DNA of 64,000 nucleotides from Chiloscyllium plagiosum. Lineage: Eukaryota. Below, piece after piece: positions 1-12,324 of this stretch (position 1 is its first letter; every line of letters starts with the position of its first letter). The notes beneath the pieces are model-generated. The model searched no databases. It was not told where the DNA came from and saw nothing but the letters and a program-made list of their open reading frames with translations. A program made the position numbers and the translations under genes. The DNA lies in the NCBI RefSeq assembly GCF_004010195.1, contig NC_057718.1, positions 65,556,919 through 65,620,918 of the forward strand. The letters run 5' to 3'.

Positions 1-679
1 ATGTTGCTGAACAAAGAGACCTTGGAGTGCAAGTTTATAGTTCCTTGAAAGTAGAGTTGCAGGTAGATAGGATAGTGAAGAAGGCGTTTGGTATGCTTTC
101 CTTTATTGGTCAGTGCATTGAGTATAGGAGTTGGGAGGTCATGTACAGGATATTGGTTAGACCACTTTTGGAATATTGCGTGCAGTTTTGGTTTCCTTTC
201 TATCGGATGGATGGTGTGAAGCTTGGAAGGGTTCAGAAAAGCTTTACAAGGATGTTGGCAGGATTGGAGGATTTGAGCTACAGGGAGAGATTGAATTGTC
301 TGGGACTGTTTTCCCTGGAATGTCAGACTGAGGGGTGACCTTATAGAGGTTTATAAAATCATGAGGGACATGGATAGGATAAATAGACAAGGTCTTTTCC
401 TTGGGATTGAGGAGTCCAGAACTAGAAGGCATAGGTTGAGGATGAGAGGGGAAAGATATAAAAGGGACCCAAGGGTCAACTTTTTTGAGCATTGGGTAGT
501 GCGTATGTGGAATGAACTGCCAGAGGAGGTTGTGGTGGCTGTACAATTGTAATATTTAAAAGGGTTTAGAGGGATATGGGCCAAGTGCTGGCAAATGGGA
601 TTAGATTAGGTTAGGATATCTGGATGGCATGAATGAGTTGGCCTGAAGGGTCTGATTTGTGCTGTACATCTGTCTCTAT
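1..679 (+). mobile_element. CR1-clade LINE (HER1-like) 3' fragment, truncated by window start
   Basis: ORFs 27-338 and 361-552 give CR1 ORF2 C-terminal motifs (LVRPLLEYCVQFW, WNELPEEVV) with stops; 3' UTR ends in the family tail gctgtacatct. Confidence 0.9.
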
Positions 680-1049
680 TTGAATCGCAATAGCTTAAGT
701 CTAAAGACAATGAAATGAGTTGGCCTCACCCTAAAACCGATCATAGACAGTCACCTGAATGACTGACCTATTTACAAAACATGTAGACTATTGTCTGTGC
801 AATCCACAGGGATTGGAAATGATTTATACATATTTAAATCAAAGGCTGAGAATCATCTTGCAGTTACTATGGTTGGATGTATGGTCAGATGCCAAGAGTG
901 GATCATGTGATGAGCCAATTAACCCATCATTTATGTTTCAGAAGCTGCTTTTCAGCAGACCACAGCAGGAGGAGGCACAAAGAAACCAACTTCTGAATGA
1001 GTATACTGTGTGCAATGTTCCATCCAGTCTGCAAATTAAAGCCCTGTCT

Positions 1050-1860
1050 ATTATTTTTATAGATATACAAAATTTACAAAAGTAATACAAGCAAGTATAA
1101 ACACTAATATAAGATTAAATAAGAATAAATAAAAAATAACCGAAACGACAAACAAAAAAAGTTGAAAAACCCAACTAACTACTGATCTATCCTACAAACA
1201 ACCAAAACATAAAATAGGATATCATACATTACTAGTGATAAACAAAAAAAATTAATTTAACTAAGTACAGGCTCAAAATAGATCTACATAAAGTCATAAT
1301 AAAACCCGTATTTATATGGGATTCCTCCTCCCAGGGGTCCCTGGACCAGCCAGACAAAAGCCCTGGACAATATGGCCAAAACATCTGTGTCGATAAAGTT
1401 CAAAAAGGGCTGCCATGTTTTATAGAATAATTCAGTTGTTTGGTGCACCATATTTGTAATGAAGTCAAGGGGGATATATTCCATGATTAACCTGTGCCAG
1501 TTTAGAAGTCCTGAAGGGCCTTCAGCTGCCAATTCACTAAAATATGTTTCCTTGCACAAAAGGAGAGAATGGAAAATTGTTTCCTCCCATGCACGTCCAG
1601 GGAGGGAAAATCTGAAAAGCCCAAAAGTAGAGATGCTGGATCCAGTCTAATCTCCGTACCCAAGATCTCTGGCAAGGCATTCGCTACTCTGTCCCATAAC
1701 CTGCAGATCTTATGGCGTGTCCGTAGACAGTGCGTGAGAATGCCAACTTCTGTCTTGCATTTAGGACACATTGGGGATGCTCCTACCTTAAATTTTGCAA
1801 GTCATTCAGGTGCTATACGAACCCTGTGGAGTATCTTTAATTGAATAGCTTGAGCTCTAT
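1050..1860 (-). mobile_element. L1-clade LINE 3' fragment
   Basis: Minus-strand CPKC...HCL..C-like zinc-knuckle region (ORF 1502-1771) and a 3' UTR similar to the element at 43941-49722. Confidence 0.85.
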
Positions 1861-2711
1861 CCTGCCTTTTACTTAACCATCTACATGCTGCAGGCATGCT
1901 TTTTAAAAAAAAAACAACTCAGTAGCCACTGTTTGCAGAAGAAAAAGATAAGTTGTTCGTCAACAGCTTTTAAACTGTCAACAGTGAATCTAGAGGCCTC
2001 TACGTCCAGTCTGGAACCATACAAGTCTTTGATCCACAAGATCCGTACGCTATTGACTTTTATTAGATGACTTTAAGCCAATTTTACCTGTCTTTCTACT
2101 AATTTGTTGGAAGCCCTGAATGTATGAGAGAGAGTCCAAGAAATGTTTGTTCCTTTGCTTTTGAGCGGGTGCTAAATACAATAAATGCTTTTACAAGGAG
2201 ACCTCTCTGTATTTTGCAGTCACAACACTTAACAATTGAACTCTGAATAGGCAGTTATATCTTAAAAATAGCCTGCTATTATCAAATGAGAATTGGAAAA
2301 AGAGGGGTGACATTTGACCAGGACCAGCACCACCACCCCCATCCCCTCCATGTGCGCACTTGCACTCCCATTCCCCTAATGTAACACTATTCTGTATAAT
2401 ATGTACAGAGTTGTATTTTAAAATGAAAATGGTAGGATTCTCTAAGGGTTTTGCTGTATTTTTTAAAAACATTTTCCACTAATAATGAAATCTAAAAATT
2501 TCCACAGAAATGCCTTCATGCCTTTGATAGTTTCATGAGTGACTGTGAATAAGGGACAGATATCACTTTTCTGTTGTTGTAGTTTTGTTTTGAAAACTGA
2601 TGGAAAACAAAGGACAAATATTTTGGATATCTGATCTAATAGAAAATGCTGGGTCTGAAAGGTGAGAAGCAGTTTACATTTCAAGTCAAGACCTTTTTGT
2701 TTTCCCCAAAC

Positions 2712-3110
2712 TTTGAGTCAGAGAACCTTGTTTCAAACTCAATTGCAGAGACTTGAATGAATAATCCAGTTGAAATTCCAGTGCAATGCTGAGGGAGTGC
2801 AGCAATTTTGGAGATGCCAATTTTCCCAGATGAAATGTTAAACTGATTTCCTGTTGCCTCTAGTAGATGTCAAACATAAAATACTACTCAAAGAACAGCA
2901 GAAAGTTGTTCTGGTCAAATTCATTCCTCAACCAGAATTACTAAAAACATGTTTCTGGTTATTTATTTTATCTTTATTCTGCACATCGGACCTTTTTGTA
3001 TAAGTTGGTTGATGTTTTTCACACTTCTATGGTGACTATGATTCACCAACACTGTTAGTTCTGAAGTTCTTTGTATCTTAACATGAAGAATGTTCTATAA
3101 TGCAAGTTAG
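2712..3110 (+). mobile_element. Decayed DeuSINE (SacSINE1/AmnSINE-like)
   Basis: ccagtgcaatgctgagggagtgc...cagatgaaatgttaaac...cctcaaccagaat resembles the Deu-domain consensus as recalled; highly diverged. Confidence 0.55.
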
Positions 3111-3429
3111 TCGGCATTAGAGTACCACTCCCTCATCATACTTCAGTCATTGCTTCATTGGCTGCAAAATGCTTTACAAGTTGGAATTTTCGAAAATATC
3201 GGAATCCAGTTCAATTCCACCTTTTAGACTTCCATGTAAGTGCACTTTTTGTGTGGCTATGAAAACTGTTGGAATAGCTAACAGAGTAAAACAAATCAGG
3301 TATCAAATTAGGACATTACATGCCAGTAGTACAATTCTTTCAACCAGATGTTTGAATTTGCTTATCTTTGCTACATCAGTTGGGACTATTGGCATAAAAT
3401 TGAGTGCTATGTGATCTGCCACCCAGGTT

Positions 3430-4035
3430 AATAGGGTTGTTAAGAAGGCATGCAGCGTGTTATCTTTTATTGGTAGAGGGATTATATTTCGGAACCATAA
3501 GATCATGCTGCAGCTGTACAAAAATCTGCAGCCGTACTTGTGTACAGTTCTGGTCACCACATTTATGGGAAAGTTGTGGAAGCTTTGGAAAGGGTTCAGA
3601 GGTGATTTACTAGGATGTTACCTGGTTTGGAGGGAAGGTCTTATGAGGAAAAGCTGAGGGACTTAAAGCTGTTTTTGTTAGAGAGGAGAAGGTTGAGAGG
3701 TGACTTAATTGAGACACATAAGATAACCAGAGGGTTAGATAGGGTGGATAGTGAGAGCCTTTTTTCCTCAGATGGTGATGGCTAGCTTGAAGAGACATAG
3801 CTTTAGATTGAGGGGTGATGGATATAGGACAGATGTCAGAGGTAGTTTCTTTACTCAGAGTAGTAGGGGCATGAAATGCACTGCCTGCAACAATAGTAGA
3901 CTCACCAACTTTAAGGGCATTTAAATGGTCATTGCATAAATATATGGATGAAAATGAAAGTGTAGGATAGATGGGCTCAGATTGGTTCCACAGGTTGGCG
4001 CAACGTCGAGGGCCGAAGGGCCTGTTCTGTGTGGA
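3430..4035 (+). mobile_element. CR1-clade LINE 3' fragment
   Basis: CR1 ORF2 C-terminal remnants (MLQLYK, LRGDLIETHKI) and the 3' tail gagggccgaagggcctgt; same subfamily as 27322-27950. Confidence 0.88.
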
Positions 4036-4137
4036 GAATTTCTTTGAGATTTCTCTAGTTTAGAGCACAGCCTTAAATCTTGGGTTCCCTATCTTTTTTT
4101 TTTCCCCATTCATTGAATTCTATGCAATATTCTAATC

Positions 4138-4424
4138 AATTGAACAAAATTGGCCTTGAACAACCGAACCAGAACTGGAGTAACGAATATGCCCAAATAC
4201 ACAAAACCCCCCTGTAACCACTTAAATGGGAATCGATATTCGACCTCAAGACCTTTTGTAAGACCACCCATAGGCATAGCCTCTGATTTAGCAAAATTAA
4301 TCTTGTATCCTGAGAAGGTGCCAAATGTGCAGATGCATTATATCAGGTGAGGCACTGAAATTGCTGGATTTGATAAAAAAAAAACATTAGAACATCGTCT
4401 GCATACAACAAAATCTTATGTAAT
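4138..4424 (-). repeat. Inverted near-identical copy of 5688-5972 (L1 RT segment)
   Basis: ORF 4136-4324(-) matches the first 62 aa of ORF 5786-6040(+); ORF 4150-4350(+) matches 5760-5960(-) with 2 aa differences. Confidence 0.95.
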
Positions 4425-4487
4425 CCACAGTGGCCCCCTCACTGTGGTCATCACCAATGGGATATGATCAAGTAATTTTAACATTTT
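4424..4487 (+). repeat. Direct copy of 5519-5582 (L1 RT segment)
   Basis: tccacagtggccccctcactgtggtcatcaccaatgggatatgatcaagtaattttaacatttt occurs at both loci. Confidence 0.95.
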
Positions 4488-4799
4488 GGGCGGCACGGTG
4501 GCACAGTGGTTAGCATTGCTGCCTCACAGCGCCTGAGACCCGGGTTCAATTCCCGCCTCAGGCGACTGACTGTGTGGAGTTTGCACGTTCTCCCCGTGTC
4601 TGCGTGGGTTTCCTCCGGGTGCTCCGGTTTCCTCCCACAGTCCAAAAGATGTGCAGGGTCAGGTGAATTGGCCATGCTAAATTGCCCGTAGTGTTAGGTA
4701 AGGGGTAAATGTAGGGGTATGGGTGGGTTTCGCTTCGGCGGGTCGGTGTGGACTTGTTGGGCCGAAGGGCCTGTTTCCACACTGTAATGTAATCTAATC
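4488..4799 (+). mobile_element. HE1-type tRNA-derived V-SINE, well preserved
   Basis: tRNA-like head with A box (tggcacagtgg) and B box (ggttcaattcc), V-domain (gtgtggagtttgcacgttctccccgtgtctgcgtgggtttcctccggg), CR1-like tail gggccgaagggcctgtttcc; CpGs retained. Confidence 0.92.
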
Positions 4800-5099
4800 A
4801 ATTCCATTGATTTCACCCTTGTCAGCAGAAGATATTGGTCAATATTTAAGCTGTTGGAAAGTGCTTGTCGTTTTATCTGAGTCCAGATATGAATTTAGGT
4901 TTTGGCTGTTTTGTACCACCCAAATCTAGTGCATTTATTTTCATGTTCTCTAAATATGGTATTCACTTCAGAATATGAGAAGCAAGTGTGCCATCAGAAA
5001 CATTATGTTCATTGCTCCAAGGCACTTGACAATGAATGGCACAAGGATTCCAATCATTCCCCCACCCCCCCCAAAGCATGGAGGCATCTAGTCAAGTTT

Positions 5100-7597
5100 C
5101 GATGCTCAATATGTTTAATGACTCAAACAGCCATGGTGGTCTCCCACCATCAAAGACGCCTATATTTCACTTATTCTTAAAAAAGGGAAGGTCCCAGAGG
5201 ACTGTGCTTCGTTCAGGCCCATTTCACTCCTAAATGTGGACTTTAAAGTCCTCTCTAAAACTCTCCCGTTAAGGCTGGAGACTGTGTTACCTTCTATTGT
5301 TAAAGTGCACCAGACGGGCTTCATAAAGAGCCACAGATCCTCCAATACTGTTAGGAGGCTGTTTAATGTAATTCAAGCATGTCAATAACAGTCAATACAG
5401 GGATTGGTGATTTCTCTAGATGCAGAGAAGGCACTTGACTGAGTTGAGTGGCTGTACCTTTTCTATACTCTGGAGCAGTTTGATTTGGGTGAAATCCTAA
5501 TAAAATAGGTAAAGGTTCTCCACAGTGGCCCCCTCACTGTGGTCATCACCAATGGGATATGATCAAGTAATTTTAACATTTTTGCCGGCTGCTCCATTTC
5601 ACCACTGGTTTTTACATTGGTGATTGAACCATTGGTGGAGGTCATTCGTAGGGATCCTAATATATCAGCTCCAGAAATTGAGTCAAAATTACATAAGATT
5701 TTGTTGTATGCAGACGATGTTCTAATGTTTTTTTTATCAAATCCAGCAATTTCAGTGCCTCACCTGATATAATGCATCTGCACATTTGGCACCTTCTCAG
5801 GATACAAGATTAATTTTGCTAAATCAGAGGCTATGCCTATGGGTGGTCTTACAAAAGGTCTTGAGGTCGAATATCGATTCCCATTTAAGTGGTTACAGGG
5901 GGGTTTTGTGTATTTGGGCATATTCATTACTCCAGTTCTGGTTCGGCTGTTCAAGGCCAATTTTGTTCAATTATTTGACAAAATCAAACAAGACCTTCAA
6001 GGATGGGAGGCGCTTCTGGTCTTGTGGTTGGGTTGGATAGTGCTTATTAAGATGAATATTCTCCTCCGTTTGCTATACCCTATACGTATGCTCCCCCGAT
6101 TTTCAATAAGCAAATATTCAGGAGTCTAAATGGCTAGTTCAGCGCCTTTTATTTGGCATCGTAAGCAGCCCCTCATTAAATTAGCTAAACTGCATCTACC
6201 TCTCAGACTGGGGGGAGTGGACCTCCCGGGCAATGAAAGCTACCAACTAAGCTCGCTTTTATCCTACGTGAGTGACTGGGCTTGTGGGGACCTTCTTTCA
6301 CCACGGTTAGATATCAAAGCCTCCCAGGCAGGGTGCACCCTTACCAGCTTGCTGTTTCTGGACAAAATGAGGACAGTTAGGGAATATTGCCAAAGCCGGA
6401 AGGTAATGTTGGCAAAACATCCTCTTTTACACCTTTCATGGGATGCCGGGTTTTCAACTGGGGATTCAAACGTTGGGCAGCTACAGATGTGTCTTGCATG
6501 AGGGGTTTATTTGTGGGAGACACAATGAAGCCCTTTGATCAGTTAGCACAGAAATACAAGCTACCTAACTGACCTCTTTCATTATTTTCAAGTTAAGGAT
6601 TTTATTCAAAAAAAGACTACACTTTTGACTGATCACTACAAATCTGACATAGAGAGGAGGGCGCTCTGTGCACTTTCTGTCAGCACTTTACATCATCATA
6701 TGGAGGGCACCCCCTCAGATAAATTCGATGACTCCGCTGGGTGCGGAAGAAGCGTTGAAGTCTCCTCAGAGGCATAGGAAGATATTTGGGAAAAATGCAA
6801 GAAAGATACCAATTTGCAATAGGACCCATGCTTTACAGTTGAAGATTCTCCACAGGGTCCACTTGGCTCTGGATTGGTTGTCAAAATTTAAACCGGGGGT
6901 ATCTTCAAAGTGTCCCAAGCACAAGGTCTGTACAGGCACTCTTACCCATTGTCCTGGTCTTGTGGTAGGCTTCAAACATACTGGAGTGCTGTGGTGGGTG
7001 CAATCAAGAGGATTTTAGGTGTAAGGGTGGAGAAGGATCCAATCTCTCCTTCTGGGCCTGCCCAGTGCATTCCCCGCAGATGCGCATAAAAACTTTTCAT
7101 GATCCTCACTTTTTGTGCAAGAAAAATTAATTTGCTAGGTTGGGTATCTGAAAAGCCCCAGGGCCTATCGGATTGGTGGAAGATTGTTATGGAGCATATC
7201 CCCTGGAATTTTCTCACAAGTTTGGTACACCACAAAACTGAGCATTTTTATGACACGGCAGCCCTTTTTGGAATACATGGACACAGATTTATCTGCCACA
7301 TCAGTAAGGGCTTTTATATAGCTGTAATGAGCCCAGTATCTAGGGGCGAGGAACTGTGAACGTATGAGTGTCTTGTTTGGCTGAGTTGAGTTAATACTAT
7401 TTATGTTGTTGGTTATTTATTTAGTTGAATAGTTAGTTGGATTTTTTTATTCTGCATTTTTCTATATATTTATACATTTGTACATGAGGTGGATTAGTTT
7501 TTTTTTACTTTTTGGTATGGTTTTAAATTATATTGATTTGTATTTGTTGTAATATTTAAAAATCTGTGTTCTTTCAATAAAAATATTTTTATAAAAA
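5100..7597 (+). mobile_element. 5'-truncated L1-clade LINE (RT, C-terminal zinc knuckle, 3' UTR), decayed
   Basis: ISLILKKG, DAEKA, LYADDVL, GYKINFAKSE and CPKHKVC...LTHC motifs with many stops and frameshifts; T-rich 3' UTR with aataaa and an A-rich end near 7590. Confidence 0.9.
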
Positions 7598-7940
7598 GAA
7601 TAGGCTGGGGCTGTTTTCCCTGGAGCATCGGAGGCTGAGGGGTGACCTTTATACAAGTTTATAAAATCATGAGGAGCATGGATAGGGTAAATAGTCAAGG
7701 TTTCTTCCCTGGGGTGTGGGAGTCCAGAGGAAGAGGGTGGTACATGTATGGAATGAGCTGCCAGAGGAGGCTGTCACAATTACAGCATTTAAAAGGCATC
7801 TGGATGGGTATATGAATAAAGGGTTTGGAGAGATATGGGCCGGGTGCTGGCAGGTGGGACTAATTGGGTTGGGATATCTGGTCGGCATGGACAAGTTGGA
7901 CCGAGGGTCTGTTTCCATGCTGTACATCTCTATGACTCTG
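7598..7940 (+). mobile_element. CR1 3' fragment with internal deletion
   Basis: LGLFSLE, WNELPEE and AFKRHLDGYMN remnants; tail ctgtacatctctatgactct. Confidence 0.85.
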
Positions 7941-8554
7941 AGTACTCTGCTACTAAATAGTCTGTCTGTATTTTAATATTTCAGCACAGCATATGTACCA
8001 TATCCTATGATCACAAATTTTCAGTAGAAAATGTACATGCAGCTTTTTCATCCCTTAAAGAATATTTGGGAAGATTTTGAAAAAATTGGTATCACTTATG
8101 TCTCTTACAGTGATGGTATCAGGATCAACGTTATCATTGCAAGGGATCTGTGGGAATGAGCTGCCAGAGGAGGTTGTCACAATTACAGCATTTAAAAGGC
8201 TTCTGGATGGGTATATGAATAGAAAGGGTTTGGAGAGATATGGGCCGGGTGCTGGCAGGTGGGATTAATTGGGTTGGGATATCTGGTCGGCATGGACGGG
8301 TTGGACCGAGGTTCTGTTTCCATGCTGTACATCTCTATGACTCTGAGTACTCTGCTACTAAATAGTCTGTCTGTATTTTAATATTTCAGCACAGCATATG
8401 TACCATATCCTATGATCACAAATTTTCAGTAGAAAATGTACATGCAGCTTTTTCATCCCTTAATATTTGGGAAGATTTTGAAAAAATTGGTATCACTTAT
8501 GTCTCTTACAGTGATGGTATCAGGATCAACGTTATCATTGCAAGGGATCTGTGG
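7750..8554 (+). repeat. Tandem duplication, ~400-bp unit (CR1 3' end plus unique flank)
   Basis: 7750-8153 is repeated at 8153-8554 with a few substitutions and small indels. Confidence 0.95.
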
Positions 8555-11151
8555 ATATAAAGGTGTCTTGCTCCAACTTACTTGGCATCATTTGAAGCAT
8601 AACATACTCTATTGAAAGTATGCTCCCCTGTAAACTGATCATTTTAATATTAGCTCAGACACACACTTACCTGAGGAATGTAATGTTTGATTGTAATAAA
8701 TGTGTTCTAGATTCTTCATACCACACCCAGTTTCTTATGTAACAAGAGATAATATAAGTTGTTGGAGTTAAAACTTGAACGCTCACTAGAAATGTACTCC
8801 TCCCCAGTATTTCTTGCTAATTATTTGTCTAGATTTGTGGCCAAGATTGTCATCTGCTAGCTGATGGAGGAATACTGCTGGAAACATAATGTTCTACCAT
8901 AAAATACAGCTTTGGGAATTGCTGATCAGTAGCAACTTAATGCTGACTGTGTGAAGGATATTATGTTACTTAGAATTCGTTCAGGCTATACTTTAACAGA
9001 GCTGGAATATAGAATTTGTATTGACCAGATATGTGATAATGTCTGAAGGCCATTCATGTAATAGAATGAAATTGCATACAAAATCAAAGAGGCCATTAAC
9101 AGGCCATTATGTTTAATTAAACATAATTATTAATAGCATGAATACTCATACAGCTAAATCAGTGTAAATTCACAAAAATTACAAAATAAATTATGCTGGC
9201 CTAAACCAGTTTGAAGTAATGTGCAGGTTTAAGATTTCAGGAAGAAAGTAAATTAAAAAGTTTGTAGTGTTCAGCTAAGCATATGAGCATTACTTTCAAT
9301 TTATGTTGTAGTTGTTTGGATGGTACAGTGGTGCTGACTGTTGACTGTGGAAAGCATGAGTGTATTTGAAGCAATTGGTCCTACATCCACTCGAGTAGGG
9401 TTAGTTGAGAATGCTCACTTCGTAGAATGAATTGAAGGACAGCTAATAAGTATGATAGTTTATGGTCGTAGTTATGCAGGAGGAAGAAGTAACTGTATTA
9501 CTTTTTGATGCAAGGGTAATTCTGCTACTCCAAAAATGATTTGCATTATAATTTTATTGAAAGCAATACTTTTACTTTCAGATGACTCCTAAATCAATTC
9601 CGATTTTTAGCTATTTATTCTGTGTTGAATGATTTGACTTTAGTTATAAGAGTAGTAATAATGGTTGAAAGAATATGATTGACGATAGAGATTGATTCCT
9701 ATGGGAAAAGGGTTAATCAAATTTACTAAGTGACCTAACAGATTCCACTTGTAAATTAAAATATAACATTACGCAAAGCCAATGCAAATTAAACACACAT
9801 TAATAAACAAATCATACTTCAAATGAAAAGCTAAGTTTCACTTTATAAGGTTGACACTGCAAAACTGCTTCATGTGTAACCATAAAGATATGCATCACTG
9901 CCCGCAGATGTGTGGCATCAAGAACAACTTCAAAGATCTCTAACTCCATCTCAGGTCCATAGGTTCACACTCATCAGTTTAGTCCTCAAGTTGCATTTTC
10001 AATCAGTTATATTTCCAACGGAGTTTCATAGAGTCAGCCATCACCTAAACAATACACTCTTGCAGAATCTACTCGGCTAGGTTCATGATCATCTCAATGG
10101 CACAGATTTCCCAGAAGTTCCTTTATCTGACTTCTGTAGCAAACGTTGTTAAATGATCTTGATGGCTAATCCGAAGTATCGGTGTGGAATTGTCACTTTT
10201 CAGTCTTTGCTGTAATCCTGTTTTCAGGTTTCTGTCCTTTTGAAAACCTAACTTTTATGTTCTCTTCCTTCATCTGTAGTTTTAAGTGGCTTCTTAAGTA
10301 GCAGATCAAGCTGCTTGATCAGCCTAATCTGCACTTGTCGCAGGACTCCTATCCACAGAGCTTCTGTCTTAACTTCCTTCCTCTTAGTACAGCTTCCTAG
10401 TTAGGGAACATGGAACAGTATTTATGATCCAATGGAATTGCAACTAATCTGTTTTTGAAACTTGATGCAAACTTTTAAAAATCCTGTTCAAGCATTCTAA
10501 ACATTTTAAAAGAAATGAGAAAATGTCCTTGCTCTATGCCTTTCAGTCAAAGGTCGTAAATTTTCATTCCAAAAATCATCCGAACTTGAGGTAGCCTGTT
10601 TCATTGTGAAAGGAATGACACCCAAAGTATCAGACAAGAATTACTGTTTGCCCACTGAACTCTCACAAGTAGCCATTCATTTTTTTGCCATATATCCTAG
10701 GTTTTAACAACTTATTATATTGCTGGCTATCATTTTGAAGCCTTGTGATGTTTTGATGAGTACAATTGAAGCATTTGGAAGTCATGTATACTTTGCTTAA
10801 AAGTGTTAATCTTCTGTTCCCTACCTATCGTAATAATTCTAAAATTGCATGATTCAATGGAATAGAAATCTGATAACTGTCGTTTGGGGATTTGTATTGC
10901 TTTATGCTATTGTTGGTGGTCTTTACCCATTAGGCTGTGGGGCAAACCTGTTTCTTGCTTGCAATGACAACAAAAGGCCATTTGCTTGACTATTCATACT
11001 CCGAATAGCACAGACCAAGTGATCAAAATCTGATTTTGTGTTGGAATTTACAGGTCCTTTTTGTGACTGATGTGATGGTTTGTCTTGTTGCTTGTACCAG
11101 TAATTTATGTTTCTCAAATGTTTAATTTGAAATTTATAAAATAAGTTCTGG

Positions 11152-11319
11152 AAAATGTGTGGTGCTGGAAAAGCACAGCCCGTCAGATTTCCGGATGAAG
11201 AGCTTATGCCCAAAACGTCAACTCTCCTGCTCCTCGGATGCTCCCTGACTGGCTGTGCTTTTCCAGCACCAAACTCTTTTTGACTTTGATCTCCAGCATC
11301 TGCAGTCCTCATTTTCTCC
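11152..11319 (+). mobile_element. Short Penelope-terminal-repeat-derived fold-back element with degenerate hammerhead core
   Basis: 27-bp inverted arms (11160-11186 and 11245-11271); core cggatga-agagc-ttat-gccc-aaaacgtc; flanking direct repeat aagttctgg(a/g)aaatgt. Confidence 0.75.
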
Positions 11320-12142
11320 AAGTTCTGGGAAATGTTTACAAAAATGAGTATTACTATTTTTGTTGCAAGTTGACAAAGTGCATGAACAGAAATTGTCTGG
11401 AAACATTCGTTCTGCTATTTGTTCAGATATATGGTTATTGACTAGTTTGTGAAATGAATAAAGTAAGTACCTAGGAATAAGTTTTCTTGATATAATTTTT
11501 GCAATCTGCAATTTGGTTAGACCACAGACTTGTAAATGCTTATCAGTTTCTACTTTTGGGTTTAGTTTGAGTAGGTTATTGAAATTCTGTCAAGGTGCTG
11601 CCATTGTAGTTTTATATGGGTCCAAGTTTGACTCACATTGAGCAGAGTATTATATTTAAAAGATACTGATAAAATGCATATCTGTTGTGGGAAAATGTTT
11701 GCCTCTGTGTGACTGTATGATACTTGGTGTCTGCTGAGCTAAGTGGAGCACTGTGGTTGGAAAGATTGGTAAATCTTTCCTGTTGGTGAGCTGCAGTTTG
11801 GATCGTAAATCAAGGAAAGTTTTTTTTTAAATATAGACATGGCTTTGAGCTGAAGCAATAAGTCTTAATTCCAATAATAGTCCCATTGGTCAATCATTAT
11901 AAAAAGCAAGCTTTAAAAAGTGTTTGAATCCTGGCATTCTCATTATAGTATCTGGCAAGCAACTTTTTTTTCTCTTCCTTATCCTCTCCCTCCATTTGCC
12001 CTTGATGTAATTGGACTTAATGAGTTTTATTTTAAAAATACAGTATTTAAGGTCAAGCGTTTCTGAAAAGAAAGCTCAGAGGAACAGAGGGATCTGGAGT
12101 GGTTGTCCACAGATCATTGACATAGGGCAGGATAATAGAATA

Positions 12143-12314
12143 CTGAAAGTGTGTTGCTGGAAAAGCACAGCAGGTCAGATTTCCTGATGAAGAGCTTATG
12201 CCCAAAGTGTCAACTCTCCTGCTCCTCGGATGCTGCCTGACTGGCTGTGCTTTTACAGCACCACACTCTTTTTGACTTTGATCTCCAGCATCTGCAGACC
12301 TCACTTTCTCCTAA
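12143..12314 (+). mobile_element. Second copy of the same fold-back element
   Basis: Same arm/core junction gtcagatttcc; core ctgatga-agagc-ttat-gccc-aaagtgtc; flanking direct repeat gataatag(a/g)ata. Confidence 0.75.
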
Positions 12315-12324
12315 GATAATAGGA

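Noticed and set aside
4488..4560. tRNA-like A/B boxes
   Set aside because: They form the head of a SINE, not a tRNA gene.
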